Below are positions 1-9,427 of a stretch of 64,000 nt of DNA, piece after piece (position 1 is the first letter of the stretch; each line of letters begins with the position of its first letter). Origin of the DNA: Clostridia bacterium (lineage in GTDB: Bacteria > Bacillota > Clostridia > Oscillospirales > Acutalibacteraceae). The notes under the pieces are model-generated. The model searched no databases and had not been told where the DNA came from. It saw nothing but the letters and a program-made list of their open reading frames with translations. The stretch is from the NCBI GenBank assembly GCA_017398485.1, contig JAFQFY010000075.1, positions 8,768 through 72,767 on the forward strand, given 5' to 3'. The position numbers were made by a program, and so were the translations under genes.

Positions 1-2
1 AG

Positions 3-251
3 CGCGACGACCTTGACGGTGCACTCGTGCTGGCGTCAGCCTTGGTGCAGGATTTCGACCGTCGCACCCGATTGTTTCCTTGCTTTATGAGCCACAGCGA
101 CATCGTCGGCTGTCGCGAGTGTGTGGTACTGTTGCCTGCAATACTTGCAGAGGGAAACCCGGAGGAATTCCGCATGGAATCCGCGCGCTGTCGCGCACAA
201 TTCGAGCGTCTGCTGTTGGTAGAGATCCCGAATCTGCAAAATATTCTATAA
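3..251 (+). CDS. partial CDS (3' end) of unknown product entering from the left edge
   Basis: Frame is open from nt 3 to TAA at 249-251 and hairpin 257-283 follows. No family recognised. The competing antisense ORF 36-239 starts with TTG and has no RBS. Confidence 0.3.
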   Translation, partial: RDDLDGALVLASALVQDFDRRTRLFPCFMSHSDIVGCRECVVLLPAILAEGNPEEFRMESARCRAQFERLLLVEIPNLQNIL

Positions 252-256
252 GTGAA

Positions 257-283
257 ACGACCTCAACCGTCGGCTGAGGTCGT
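257..283. terminator. GC-rich hairpin between convergent genes (possible bidirectional terminator)
   Basis: Arms ACGACCTCA / TGAGGTCGT (257-265 / 275-283). Overlaps the stop codon of the 263-1315 gene. Flanks are only moderately T-rich. Confidence 0.4.
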
Positions 284-1315
284 TGTTTCGTCTTGTGATT
301 TGCTCGGACAATACGCTGTGTAGATATCAAACGCGTCGTACGTCGCCTCCCAGCGATTACTGCCTTTCATGGTGACGAGCACATAATCGTGCCCGTTCTC
401 CCCCTCGGCGTAGCTGACCATCGTGTGTCCTGCTTCGGTGGTGTAGCCTGTCTTGCCGGCGATAATGGTCGCGCCGTCCGGCTCGGTGCCGTACATACGA
501 CCGAACATGGTACTCGTCAGCAAGATCCCTTCGGGATGCTGCGGCGTCGAAGTCGTGGTATACTGATAGGTTGACAGCACTTGGCGACAATGCTCGTTTG
601 CCATCGCCGCGGTCATGATCACCGCCATATCCTCCGCACTCGTATAGTGGTCGGGGTGATGCAGGCCGTCGGGGTTGACGAAATGGGTGTTGACAAGTCC
701 CAACTCTGCCGCACGGTCATTCATAAGCTTGACGAACGCTTCGCTCGAGCCGGCGACATGCAACGCAAGTGCCTGACAAGCGTCTGCTCCGGACGGCAGG
801 ATCGCGCCGTACAGCAGATCCTCGATCGGCACGGTCTCATTGTTCGAGAAGCCGGCAACCGTCGCGTTGGCAAGATACAGCGGATCTGTGATGGCATAGG
901 TCATCGTAAAGGGCGCCGTGAAATCAGTGGTTTTCTCCACTGCAACGAGCAGTGTCATTACCTTGGTGATGGAGGCAGGATACACACGCACTGCCGCCTT
1001 TTTGGACGCAACGACGCGGTTGTCGGTCACGTCGATCAGCACGGCATAATCCGCATCCACGCTCTCCCCCATCCGTGCCGTATCAGAAGCATACAGCGGA
1101 TAGGTGATCGGCTCGGTCGGGTTGCTGACCACCGGCTCGGTCGGCGTATCAACGCTGCGCACGGCGAGACTGATCGGAATCGCTATCGCCGTCACCACGA
1201 CCGCAAGGATCGCAAACTCGATCACGCGCTGGCGCAGGCGAAACAGACGGCGCCGCCGCGCACGGCGCCGCTCCCGTTCGGTTGCATATTCTTTTTTGGC
1301 AAATATACTTCCCAT
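263..1315 (-). CDS. D-alanyl-D-alanine carboxypeptidase (serine peptidase S11, PBP5/DacB-like)
   Basis: SxxK active-site box in 'PASITKVMT'. Arg-rich N-terminus followed by a TM helix. ATG 1315 is preceded by GGGGGAAG; the ORF-track start at 1339 is also possible. Confidence 0.85.
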   Translation of the reverse strand: MGSIFAKKEYATERERRRARRRRLFRLRQRVIEFAILAVVVTAIAIPISLAVRSVDTPTEPVVSNPTEPITYPLYASDTARMGESVDADYAVLIDVTDNRVVASKKAAVRVYPASITKVMTLLVAVEKTTDFTAPFTMTYAITDPLYLANATVAGFSNNETVPIEDLLYGAILPSGADACQALALHVAGSSEAFVKLMNDRAAELGLVNTHFVNPDGLHHPDHYTSAEDMAVIMTAAMANEHCRQVLSTYQYTTTSTPQHPEGILLTSTMFGRMYGTEPDGATIIAGKTGYTTEAGHTMVSYAEGENGHDYVLVTMKGSNRWEATYDAFDIYTAYCPSKSQDETTTSADG

Positions 1316-1371
1316 GGCTTCCCCCGGACAAAGCGGCAAAAGCCTCCGATGAATCGGAGGCTTTACGCCGA

Positions 1372-2916
1372 TTAATTCGTACTCTTTTGCTCCTTGAGCG
1401 TCACGGTCACGTTGAAAGACGTAACACGACCGTTCTTACTCGAACGCAATAATTCCAGCGTCACCTTATCGCCGATCTCATGCTTGGCGAGCTCACTGCG
1501 CAATTCACCGTAATTCGTCACATCGACACCGTCCACGCCCACGATCAGATCGCCCTCGGCCGCCTTCGTGCCTTCAAATGCCGAATCGCGTTCGATCTCG
1601 GTGATGAGGAAGCCGCTGTACATGCCGGAGGATATCGTCTGACCTTTGATGCCAAGCGCCACGCGGCCCTTGACATACCCGAACTTCACAAGCGAGTCGA
1701 TAATGGTCTTTGCCTCGTTGATCGGGATGGAGAAGCCCAGACCCTCGTAACCGGTCGCGGCGATCTTCGCAGAGTTGATACCAACGACCAGACCTTGGTT
1801 GTTGAGCAAGGGACCGCCCGAGTTACCGGGGTTGATGGCGGCATCCACCTGCAAGCATTTGATGGCGTAGCCGGTGTCCTCGTACACGTCACGCGCAACC
1901 GCCGACACATAGCCGAAAGTCGCCGTCCAGGACAGTCCCGCGGCGTTACCGAGCGTTGCTACGCGATCACCGACCGACAAAGTAGCGCTGTCGCCGAACT
2001 GTGCAACCGACAAGCCGGTTGCCTCGATCTTGATCACGGCAAGGTCCGTAGACTCATCCGCGCCGATAATGGTCGCGCCCTCATACGTCTTGCCGTCGTG
2101 CAAGGTCACGTCCACGCGGTCGAACGCGCGACCCGTGTCCTCGTTGATGACACAATGCCAGTTGGTAATGATATACCCGTCCTCACTCATCACGATGCCA
2201 CTGGCGGCGCCCGATTCTACCAGGCCGCTCTCGCCGAAATTGTAGCTGTTGTTATTGGTATAGGTGGTGATGACCACCGTGGAATCGTAATTGCGGTTGA
2301 CGATCTCTTTATAACTCAGGCCACCGTCGTTGTCATCCCAATCGGTGATCTCCAACGAAGGTGCGTTTTCATTCGGCAGGTCTTGCGATGATTCCGTAGA
2401 CGTTACGGGATCGGAGACAGAGACGTCCGGCGACACCTCGTTGACCATACCCATTCCCAAAAATACCACGGAAGCCACCACCGCGACCGCCGCAATGATC
2501 GCCAAGGCAATGACAAGACCGTTATGCTTCTTCGGCGGCGGCACGGGCGGCACGCCGTTTGGCCGAGAGTACGGATTGCCCTGGCCGTTATTATTCGGGG
2601 TGAAAGGCGGTACGGGCGGCACGCCGTTGTCACGCGGCACATAGCGATAGCTGCTGCCATTGCTCCAACCGGCATTCTGCGGCGTCACCGGCTCCTGCAT
2701 CGGCGTCGGCTCCTGCGGAGCAGACGGGGCAGGCGTCATTACCGGCTCCTGCGGAGCAGACGAGACAGACGGCGGCGTCGGCTCCTGCGGAGCAGACGGC
2801 ACAGGTGGCATCACCGGCTCCTGCGGCGCAGACGGGGCAGACGGCGGCGTCGGCTCCTGCGTCGGCGTCGGCTCGTTCGTTTGTTGGGGATCCGGAATAT
2901 TCCAATTATCCGACAT
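1372..2916 (-). CDS. htrA: HtrA/DegP-family serine protease with PDZ domain and Pro-rich repetitive N-terminus
   Basis: Catalytic boxes 'TNWHCV' and 'GNSGGPLLN', a single TM helix ('LVIALAIIAAVAVVASVVFLGMG') and a C-terminal PDZ-like region. The N-terminus carries SAPQEP repeats. Confidence 0.9.
   Translation of the reverse strand: MSDNWNIPDPQQTNEPTPTQEPTPPSAPSAPQEPVMPPVPSAPQEPTPPSVSSAPQEPVMTPAPSAPQEPTPMQEPVTPQNAGWSNGSSYRYVPRDNGVPPVPPFTPNNNGQGNPYSRPNGVPPVPPPKKHNGLVIALAIIAAVAVVASVVFLGMGMVNEVSPDVSVSDPVTSTESSQDLPNENAPSLEITDWDDNDGGLSYKEIVNRNYDSTVVITTYTNNNSYNFGESGLVESGAASGIVMSEDGYIITNWHCVINEDTGRAFDRVDVTLHDGKTYEGATIIGADESTDLAVIKIEATGLSVAQFGDSATLSVGDRVATLGNAAGLSWTATFGYVSAVARDVYEDTGYAIKCLQVDAAINPGNSGGPLLNNQGLVVGINSAKIAATGYEGLGFSIPINEAKTIIDSLVKFGYVKGRVALGIKGQTISSGMYSGFLITEIERDSAFEGTKAAEGDLIVGVDGVDVTNYGELRSELAKHEIGDKVTLELLRSSKNGRVTSFNVTVTLKEQKSTN
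2688..2875 (-). repeat. in-frame tandem repeat (about 36-nt period) encoding SAPQEP(V/T)xxPxP units inside htrA
   Basis: The plus-strand motif CGGCTCCTGCGGAGCAGACGG recurs about every 36 nt (near 2706, 2742, 2779, 2813, 2850). Confidence 0.8.
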
Positions 2917-2993
2917 ATACTACACAACCTTCCCGAAAGTTGATATGATCAACATTTCATGCATATTAGTTTATTGACCGAAAAAGAACGATG

Positions 2994-4442
2994 TCACGGT
3001 GTATCCACCGCGGCAGGTAACCAGAAAGAAAACTCCGTGAACTCGCCTTCGACCGACCGCACGGCAACCTCACCACGATGCAGATTGATCACCGTCTTAA
3101 CGATATACAGACCCAATCCCATACCGTTTTTATCCAGTGCACGTGAACGATCGCTCTTGTAGAAGCGTTCGAAGATCTGCGGCATCTCCTGCGCCGGTAT
3201 ACCGGCACCCGTGTTGCGAATGGTGAAGTGGACACGTCCACTGTCGCGCGTCAAGCGAATATCGATCTGTCCGCCCTCGTCGGTAAACTTAATGGCGTTA
3301 TCCACCAAATTATACAACACCTGGCACAGCAGGTCGTAGTCGCCGTCAATGGCGTATTTCTCGCATTCCTCTAAGCCGGTGATGCGCAAGCGCTTTTGCT
3401 CGATGCGTTGCTCCGACGCCACCAGCACGCTGCACAGCGCCTCGACCAAGTCCATGCGCACCGTCGTCATTTTCAGCTCGCCGCTGTCGATGCGCGACAG
3501 GTCCAGCATCGAACGCACCAGACGCGACAGGCGCTTGACCTCGTCGGAAACGATCTGCATATAATGCGTCTGCTTTTCTGGCGGAATGGTACCGTCGAGA
3601 ATACCGTCGACAAAGCCCGTGATAGTGGTCATCGGCGTCTTCAGCTCGTGGGACACGTTTGCCACGAAGCTGCGGCGGGTCGTTTCGCTCGCAGAGAGCG
3701 ACACCGCCATGTGGTTGAGCGCCTCACCGAGTTGTGCCATCTCGTCCTTGCCCTTGATCTGCACGCGCGCGCTGAAATCGCCCTGTGCAAACCGCCGCGT
3801 TGCCGCCGCCATCTGTCGCAACGGGCGCACGACGCGGTAGGTCAGCAGATACACGACCATACAGGACAGCGCCAGCGCGCCGAGCGCCGACATAAGATAC
3901 ACCTTGAGGTTATCACCGAGAACGCTCCATACCGACGTCGACGGTGCACTGACAAGCACATAGCCGACGGTATGATCCTTTATCTCAAGCGGCGCGCCTG
4001 CCACATATTGCGGCTGTTCGAACAAACCGTTCATGGTAGACGGTGCGATATTCATCTGCCCGACCTGCTCCGTCACGCCGCCAAGCGCGGTCTGCTTTGC
4101 CATCGGCAAAAGCCGCTCGTCCGAACAAAGAAGCACCTCGCCATCCGTGTCAGTCAGCAGAATGGTCGCGTCGATGGCATCCCCCATCATACGCATAAAC
4201 GGCGTCATCATCTCTTGATTGATGCGGTAGACGATGTGTCCGTCGCCGATATACTGCGTCTCCACGGATGACACCACCGTCTGTCGGGCGATGTTGTCAG
4301 CGTTTTCCTGCAACAACGTGTATTTATCCTGCGCGACCGATCGGGTGAACAGCAGAATATGCAAGCCGCTCATGACCAGATAACCGGCCAGGGTGATGAG
4401 GGAAATGCCGGTGAAGTATTTGGAAAAAACACTTTTAAACAT
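2994..4442 (-). CDS. sensor histidine kinase (two TM helices, HAMP, HisKA, HATPase_c)
   Basis: H-box 'SHELKTPMTTITGF', N-box 'YNLVDNAIKFT', G-boxes 'IRNTGAGIP' and 'GMGLGLYIVK'. Only 4 nt separate it from the upstream response regulator. Confidence 0.9.
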   Translation of the reverse strand: MFKSVFSKYFTGISLITLAGYLVMSGLHILLFTRSVAQDKYTLLQENADNIARQTVVSSVETQYIGDGHIVYRINQEMMTPFMRMMGDAIDATILLTDTDGEVLLCSDERLLPMAKQTALGGVTEQVGQMNIAPSTMNGLFEQPQYVAGAPLEIKDHTVGYVLVSAPSTSVWSVLGDNLKVYLMSALGALALSCMVVYLLTYRVVRPLRQMAAATRRFAQGDFSARVQIKGKDEMAQLGEALNHMAVSLSASETTRRSFVANVSHELKTPMTTITGFVDGILDGTIPPEKQTHYMQIVSDEVKRLSRLVRSMLDLSRIDSGELKMTTVRMDLVEALCSVLVASEQRIEQKRLRITGLEECEKYAIDGDYDLLCQVLYNLVDNAIKFTDEGGQIDIRLTRDSGRVHFTIRNTGAGIPAQEMPQIFERFYKSDRSRALDKNGMGLGLYIVKTVINLHRGEVAVRSVEGEFTEFSFWLPAAVDTP

Positions 4443-4446
4443 CGCG

Positions 4447-5133
4447 TCACCCTATGACTTCAAATTTATACCCGACGCTCCACACGGTTTTAAGCCGCCA
4501 TTGGTCGGATACACCGTCAAGTTTTTCACGCAGGCGTTTGACGTGCACGTCGATGGTGCGGCTATCGCCGTAGTATTCAAACCCCCACACCTCGTCGAGC
4601 AACTGGTCGCGCGTGAACACGCGGTTGGGGTTGCTCGCCAGGTGATAGATAAGTTCCAACTCCTTGGGCGGCGTATCCACCAGCTTACCGTGCACGCGCA
4701 GTTCGTAATTCTCCATATTAATGTATAATCCGTCGTATTCCACCTGTCGCTCTTTCTTCGTGACGGTGACACTGCGGCGCAATACCGCTTTAACGCGAGC
4801 GATGACCTCTTTGGTCTCAAAGGGCTTGACCACGTAGTCGTCGGCGCCCAGTTCCAAACCGAGCACCTTGTCGAACACCTCGCCTTTGGCGGTGATCATA
4901 ATGATCGGACACTGGGATTTCTTGCGGATCTCGCGGCATACCTGCCAGCCGTCAAGCCGCGGCATCATCACGTCAAGCAGTATCAGATCCGGCTTCTCAC
5001 GTTCAAACAGCTCTAACGCTTTCACACCGTCCGGAGCAATGACCGTTTCGAATCCTTCCTTTTCCAAATACAACCGTAACAATTCACAGATGTTACTGTC
5101 GTCGTCCACGACCATGATTTTCAGTCCTATCAT
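4447..5133 (-). CDS. OmpR/PhoB-family response regulator
   Basis: Receiver domain ('MVVDDD', 'LLDVMMP', 'ITAKG') plus winged-helix C-terminus ('YYGDSRTIDVHVKRLREKL'). GGGAGGTG RBS lies 5 nt before the ATG. Confidence 0.92.
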   Translation of the reverse strand: MIGLKIMVVDDDSNICELLRLYLEKEGFETVIAPDGVKALELFEREKPDLILLDVMMPRLDGWQVCREIRKKSQCPIIMITAKGEVFDKVLGLELGADDYVVKPFETKEVIARVKAVLRRSVTVTKKERQVEYDGLYINMENYELRVHGKLVDTPPKELELIYHLASNPNRVFTRDQLLDEVWGFEYYGDSRTIDVHVKRLREKLDGVSDQWRLKTVWSVGYKFEVIG

Positions 5134-5207
5134 AGGAACACCTCCCGTCCAGTAGGTACACTAATAGTGTAACATAATTTTTGCGCGGTATATGAACAAA
5201 CGTTGAA

Positions 5208-6320
5208 TTATTTCGTAAGAATGTGTGTAATAAGCGTGTTGGACACCAAAAAGCCGTCACGCGTCAAGCGGATGCCGTTCCCGTCGGCGCACACGAGCGT
5301 TTTGGGCAGCCGTCGCGCGCGCTCGAACCATACCGACGGCATCGGCTCTCCGAAGCGCGCGGCAAAATCCGCCGCCGTCACGCCCTCGCTCAATCGCAAA
5401 CGCAACAGGGCGTATTCCTCGGGACTGCCCACCGCGATCGCGGAGCACGGCTCGTCGGTCGGCTCCTCCCCTCGCATGAACGCATCTATATCGCGTGCAT
5501 AAGAGAAGCGCCGATCCCCGATACACGAGCTCGCCGCCGGGCCGATGCCGAGATACGGCTCACTGTGCCAATATTTGAGGTTGTGACGGCTCTCACGGCC
5601 GATGAGCGCCGCGTTGGAGATCTCGTACTGATGATAACCGAGGGTGTCGAGCGTATCCATCACCGCCAGATAGGCGTCCGCTGTCGCGTCCTCGTCCGGC
5701 AAGGACGGCGTGCAACGGCCGAACGGGGTGTTCGGCTCGATTTTAAGCATATACGCCGACACGTGCGTTGCGCCGAGCGCCGCCGCCTGCTGTGCCGAGT
5801 GCCGCGCGCTGTCCGTGGTCTGTTCGGGGACACCGAGCATGATGTCCAGCGACACGTTATTGATGCCGACGCGGTGAGCGTCGGCAACGGTGCGCGCTAC
5901 GTCGTGCGGCGTGTGCCGTCGGCCGAGCGCCGTCAGCTCCGCCGCGCAGATCGACTGCATACCGAGCGACAGGCGATTGCCGCCCTCGGCGGCAAAGGCC
6001 GACAGCGTGTCGTAGAGATCGTCCGCCGGATTCGCCTCCAACGTGATCTCTGCCGTCGACAGGCCAAAGCGGGCACGCGCACGGCGCAGAATCGCCGCCA
6101 GACGCTCGCCGCCGAGCAGACTCGGCGTACCGCCGCCGAAATACAGCGTGTCTGCCGTTACTTCGGGCAGACGTGCCGCCCATACGTCCAGCGTGTCGCA
6201 TACACGCGCGGCATAGGCGTCCAACATCGCATCGGACGGTAGCGCAACGGAATAAAAATCACAATAGGGACATTTGGAGACGCAAAACGGCACATGAATA
6301 TATAATCCGACCGTATTCAT
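5208..6320 (-). CDS. hemW: radical-SAM HemW/HemN-like heme chaperone (oxygen-independent coproporphyrinogen oxidase-like)
   Basis: CxxxCxxC box 'CVSKCPYCDF' close to the N-terminus. ATG 6320 ('MNTVGLYIHVPFC') has a GGAGGTGG RBS; the ORF-track start 6353 has none. Confidence 0.85.
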   Translation of the reverse strand: MNTVGLYIHVPFCVSKCPYCDFYSVALPSDAMLDAYAARVCDTLDVWAARLPEVTADTLYFGGGTPSLLGGERLAAILRRARARFGLSTAEITLEANPADDLYDTLSAFAAEGGNRLSLGMQSICAAELTALGRRHTPHDVARTVADAHRVGINNVSLDIMLGVPEQTTDSARHSAQQAAALGATHVSAYMLKIEPNTPFGRCTPSLPDEDATADAYLAVMDTLDTLGYHQYEISNAALIGRESRHNLKYWHSEPYLGIGPAASSCIGDRRFSYARDIDAFMRGEEPTDEPCSAIAVGSPEEYALLRLRLSEGVTAADFAARFGEPMPSVWFERARRLPKTLVCADGNGIRLTRDGFLVSNTLITHILTK

Positions 6321-6492
6321 GCGTTCCACCTCCGCTATACTATCTAATTCCATATTTTATCATAATTTTTTATATAGAGCAAGACTTGATCGCGGATTTC
6401 CTCTTGACCGCCGTCAAAGGATGGGGTATAATGTGAAGAGAAGTAATAAAATGTCATTTTTCACGATATTTCATACGAAAGGACGAAAGATT

Positions 6493-6846
6493 ATGGATTC
6501 GGTACAGAAAGTAACGCTCACCATCTGCGGTACAGACTATATCATCACCACCGACGAGGCTCCCGGCTATATGCAGGAGCTCGGCATGCAGGTGGATGCC
6601 CGTATCCGCAACCTCATGAACAGCAACAACCGCACCTCCCTCGTCATGGCGGCCGTGATGACCGCGATCATGCAGGCAGACGAAGCCAAGAAGGCGGCAC
6701 AGACTGCCGACAACCTGCGCAAGCAGCTCAAGACCTTCTTCGACGACAATAACCGCTCTCGCTCCGAGACCGACAACCTGCGTCGTGAAGTTGCGCGTCT
6801 GAAACACGAGAAGGAAGAACTCGAAAGGAAATTGGCGGCGCGGTGA
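6493..6846 (+). CDS. zapA: cell division protein ZapA
   Basis: N-terminal 'VTLTICGTDYIITTDE' ZapA-like core followed by a C-terminal coiled coil. ATG 6493 is preceded by AAAGGACGAAAG. TTGACC-17-TATAAT promoter lies near 6405-6433. Confidence 0.75.
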   Translation: MDSVQKVTLTICGTDYIITTDEAPGYMQELGMQVDARIRNLMNSNNRTSLVMAAVMTAIMQADEAKKAAQTADNLRKQLKTFFDDNNRSRSETDNLRREVARLKHEKEELERKLAAR

Positions 6847-8924
6847 ACGCTCACTCAATAGAGGTGCTGGCTCCGGCCGGCTCATACGAAAGCCTGACAG
6901 CGGCGGTGCGTAGCGGCGCCGCCGCTGTTTATTTAGGGCTGTCCGCGTTCAACGCCCGTCGCGCGGCACATAATTTCACCGAACAGGAGCTCACCGAGGC
7001 GGTCGCTTATTGTCATGCGCGCGGTGTCAAGGTGCATCTTGCGCTCAACACCCTCGTGCGCGACGACGAGCTCGACAGCGCTCTGGCGGTCGCTGAATTT
7101 GCCTGCTCCATCGGCATCGACGCACTCATCGTGCAGGATCTCGGTCTGGCGCGTTGCATTCACGCCGCCGCGCCGACGATGCCTCTGCACGCCTCGACGC
7201 AACTGTCGTGCCACACACCTGCCGGCGTAGATTTTCTGCGCGATGCCGGTTTTTCGCGCGTGGTGCTCGCGCGCGAGATGAGCCGAGAGGAGATCGCGGC
7301 ATGCGCCGGGCGCGGCGTGGAGCTCGAGGTGTTCGTGCACGGCGCGCTGTGCATGAGCGTGTCGGGGCAGTGTTATTTCTCCGCCATGCTCGGCGGCAGA
7401 AGCGGCAACCGCGGTGCCTGCGCACAGACTTGCCGTCTCCCCTTTGCGCCGACACGCGACCGCGCACAGCCCTGCGCACCTGACGAGGCGGCGTTGAGTC
7501 TCAAAGACAACTGCCTGTTAGACCACGTGCAAGACCTCGCCGCCTTGGGCGTCGCGTCGCTGAAGATCGAGGGGCGCATGAAACGCCCCGAATACGTGGC
7601 GGCGGCGAGCGCCGTATACAGTGCCGCGGCACGCGGCGAGACTGTCGATCCGCAAACGCTCGACGCGCTGACCAAGGTGTTCTCTCGCAGCGGTTTTACC
7701 GACGGCTACTACACACATCGACTCGGCGGCACCATGTTCGGCACACGCCGCAAGCAAGATGTCACCGCCGCCGCAGGCGTGCTCGGCACGCTCGCGCGGC
7801 TGTATGACCGCGAAACGCCGCTGGTCGCGGTAACAATGGCGCTCGCGGTCGAAAAAGACGCCTGCACCCTCACGGTCTCCGACGAGGACGGACACCGCGT
7901 ATGTATCACTGCCGACGGCGCCGAAGCAGCGCTTAACAAACCGCTGGATCCCGACCGCGCACGCGAACAACTGCAAAAGACCGGCGGCACACCGTTCTTC
8001 GTGACAGCAACGGATATTGCCGTCGGTGAGGGATTGACCCTGCCTGCATCGCGACTCAACGCCCTGCGACGCGAGGCGCTCGACGCGCTTCTTACCGTGC
8101 GAGGCAAGATAACGCCCATCCCATTTGACAAAGCCGCCATCCCTCCGTGTAAGCGCGGCAAAACACCCGACGCGGCGACTTGGATCGTGCGTCTGGCAAC
8201 CGTCGAGCAATATTCATCGGCGTTGCGCGAGCATCTCGTGATCCTGCCGCTGAACACACCCGTCGATACCGTCCATGCACTGACCGCTGACGGGCAGGCG
8301 ATCGGTGTCGAAATTCCGCGCGGTCTGTTCGGCACCGAGGATGCGGTCGCCGCCGCGCTTGTCGCCGCCGCGAAAGCCGGCGCCACTGCCGCATTGTGCG
8401 GCAACGTCGGCGCCATTGCATTGGCCAAGCGCGCAGGTCTCACCGCCATCGGCGGTTTTGGACTCAATTTGATGAATTCCCAAGCGCTTTCATTCTGTAA
8501 AGGCGTCGGGCTTGACAGTGCAACGTTATCAACGGAACTCACCTTTCCGCAGATCAGCGCGCTCGGCAACACGCCGCTCGCCTGCGGCATCCTGCTCTAC
8601 GGCCGCCAGCCGCTGATGCTTACGCGCAACTGTCCGCGCCAAGCGGCACTCGGCTCCTGCGCGCACTGTCACGGGCAGGGCTTGATCGACCGTACCGGAG
8701 CACAATTCCCAGTTATCTGCTCAGGCGGTTGCAGTGAAGTGCTCAACAGCGTGCCGCTCTACTGGGGCGATCGCATGAACGAAGTGCCGCGCGCCGCGTT
8801 CTATGTATTCCACTTCACCACCGAATCGACAGACGAGGTGCGTGCCGTCCTCAACGCCTATCGCGAGGGCACAACGTCTCCCCCGTCCATCACACGCGGT
8901 CTCTACCGCCGCGGCGTAGAATAA
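6843..8924 (+). CDS. peptidase U32 family protein (collagenase-like)
   Basis: Near-perfect U32 signature 'EVFVHGALCMSVSGQCYFS' (E-x-F-x2-G-[SA]-[LIVM]-C-x4-G-x-C). GTG start overlaps the zapA stop (GTGA). Confidence 0.88.
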   Translation: MNAHSIEVLAPAGSYESLTAAVRSGAAAVYLGLSAFNARRAAHNFTEQELTEAVAYCHARGVKVHLALNTLVRDDELDSALAVAEFACSIGIDALIVQDLGLARCIHAAAPTMPLHASTQLSCHTPAGVDFLRDAGFSRVVLAREMSREEIAACAGRGVELEVFVHGALCMSVSGQCYFSAMLGGRSGNRGACAQTCRLPFAPTRDRAQPCAPDEAALSLKDNCLLDHVQDLAALGVASLKIEGRMKRPEYVAAASAVYSAAARGETVDPQTLDALTKVFSRSGFTDGYYTHRLGGTMFGTRRKQDVTAAAGVLGTLARLYDRETPLVAVTMALAVEKDACTLTVSDEDGHRVCITADGAEAALNKPLDPDRAREQLQKTGGTPFFVTATDIAVGEGLTLPASRLNALRREALDALLTVRGKITPIPFDKAAIPPCKRGKTPDAATWIVRLATVEQYSSALREHLVILPLNTPVDTVHALTADGQAIGVEIPRGLFGTEDAVAAALVAAAKAGATAALCGNVGAIALAKRAGLTAIGGFGLNLMNSQALSFCKGVGLDSATLSTELTFPQISALGNTPLACGILLYGRQPLMLTRNCPRQAALGSCAHCHGQGLIDRTGAQFPVICSGGCSEVLNSVPLYWGDRMNEVPRAAFYVFHFTTESTDEVRAVLNAYREGTTSPPSITRGLYRRGVE

Positions 8925-8998
8925 CGCCATAATTCCTATATATATATACTCGCAAAGCCGCCGATCCGGTAAAGGTCGACGGCTTTTTAAAATAGTTC

Positions 8999-9049
8999 TT
9001 GACATTTTTAAGCAGAAAGTGTACTATTGTGTTAGTGAACTAATACACT
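8999..9049 (+). promoter_or_regulatory. promoter TTGACA-17-TACTAT with overlapping imperfect inverted repeat (candidate GntR/YtrA operator)
   Basis: -35 at 8999-9004 and -10 at 9022-9027. Inverted repeat AGTGTACTAT (9018-9027) / CTAATACACT (9040-9049), 8 of 10 complementary. Confidence 0.5.
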
Positions 9050-9067
9050 TTTAAGAGAGGTGACGCT

Positions 9068-9427
9068 ATGCAATGGTCATTGGATAAAAACAGACCGCTG
9101 ACGCCACAGATCTGCGAGCAGGTGTGCCTGCAAATTGCACTCGGACAGTTGCAACCCAACGAGCGACTGTACTCGGTGCGAGAGGCCGCCATTGAGGCCG
9201 GTGTCAACCCCAACACCGTACAGCGCGCATTCGAACTGCTGGAAGGGCAGAACATTCTCTATTCCGTGCGCGGCTCCGGCTGGTACGTCTCCGAGGACAT
9301 CTCCGCGGCGACGGACACGCTCAAAGCACTGTGGCGAGAAAAGACCGCCGCCTATTTTGCTACGATGCAGGCGCTCGGTATGACAACGCAAGCAATCAAA
9401 AACTTTGTAGAGGAGTGGACAGAATGA
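9068..9427 (+). CDS. GntR-family (short YtrA-like) transcriptional regulator
   Basis: 119 aa with winged HTH 'LYSVREAAIEAGVNPNTVQRAFELLEGQNILYSVRGSGWYV'. Stop overlaps the next start (ATGA). Confidence 0.88.
   Translation: MQWSLDKNRPLTPQICEQVCLQIALGQLQPNERLYSVREAAIEAGVNPNTVQRAFELLEGQNILYSVRGSGWYVSEDISAATDTLKALWREKTAAYFATMQALGMTTQAIKNFVEEWTE

Noticed and set aside
36-239. 67-aa minus-strand ORF with a CxxC pair at the left edge
   Set aside because: It has a TTG start with no RBS, leaves no room for a promoter after the convergent hairpin, and is fully overlapped by the more plausible plus-strand partial CDS. Neither can be proven.
2524-2977. Arg-rich (2524-2943 +), Ala/Gly/Cys-rich (2630-2905 -, 2660-2977 +) ORFs
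   Set aside because: They are alternative-frame readings of the Pro-rich tandem repeat at the 5' end of htrA.
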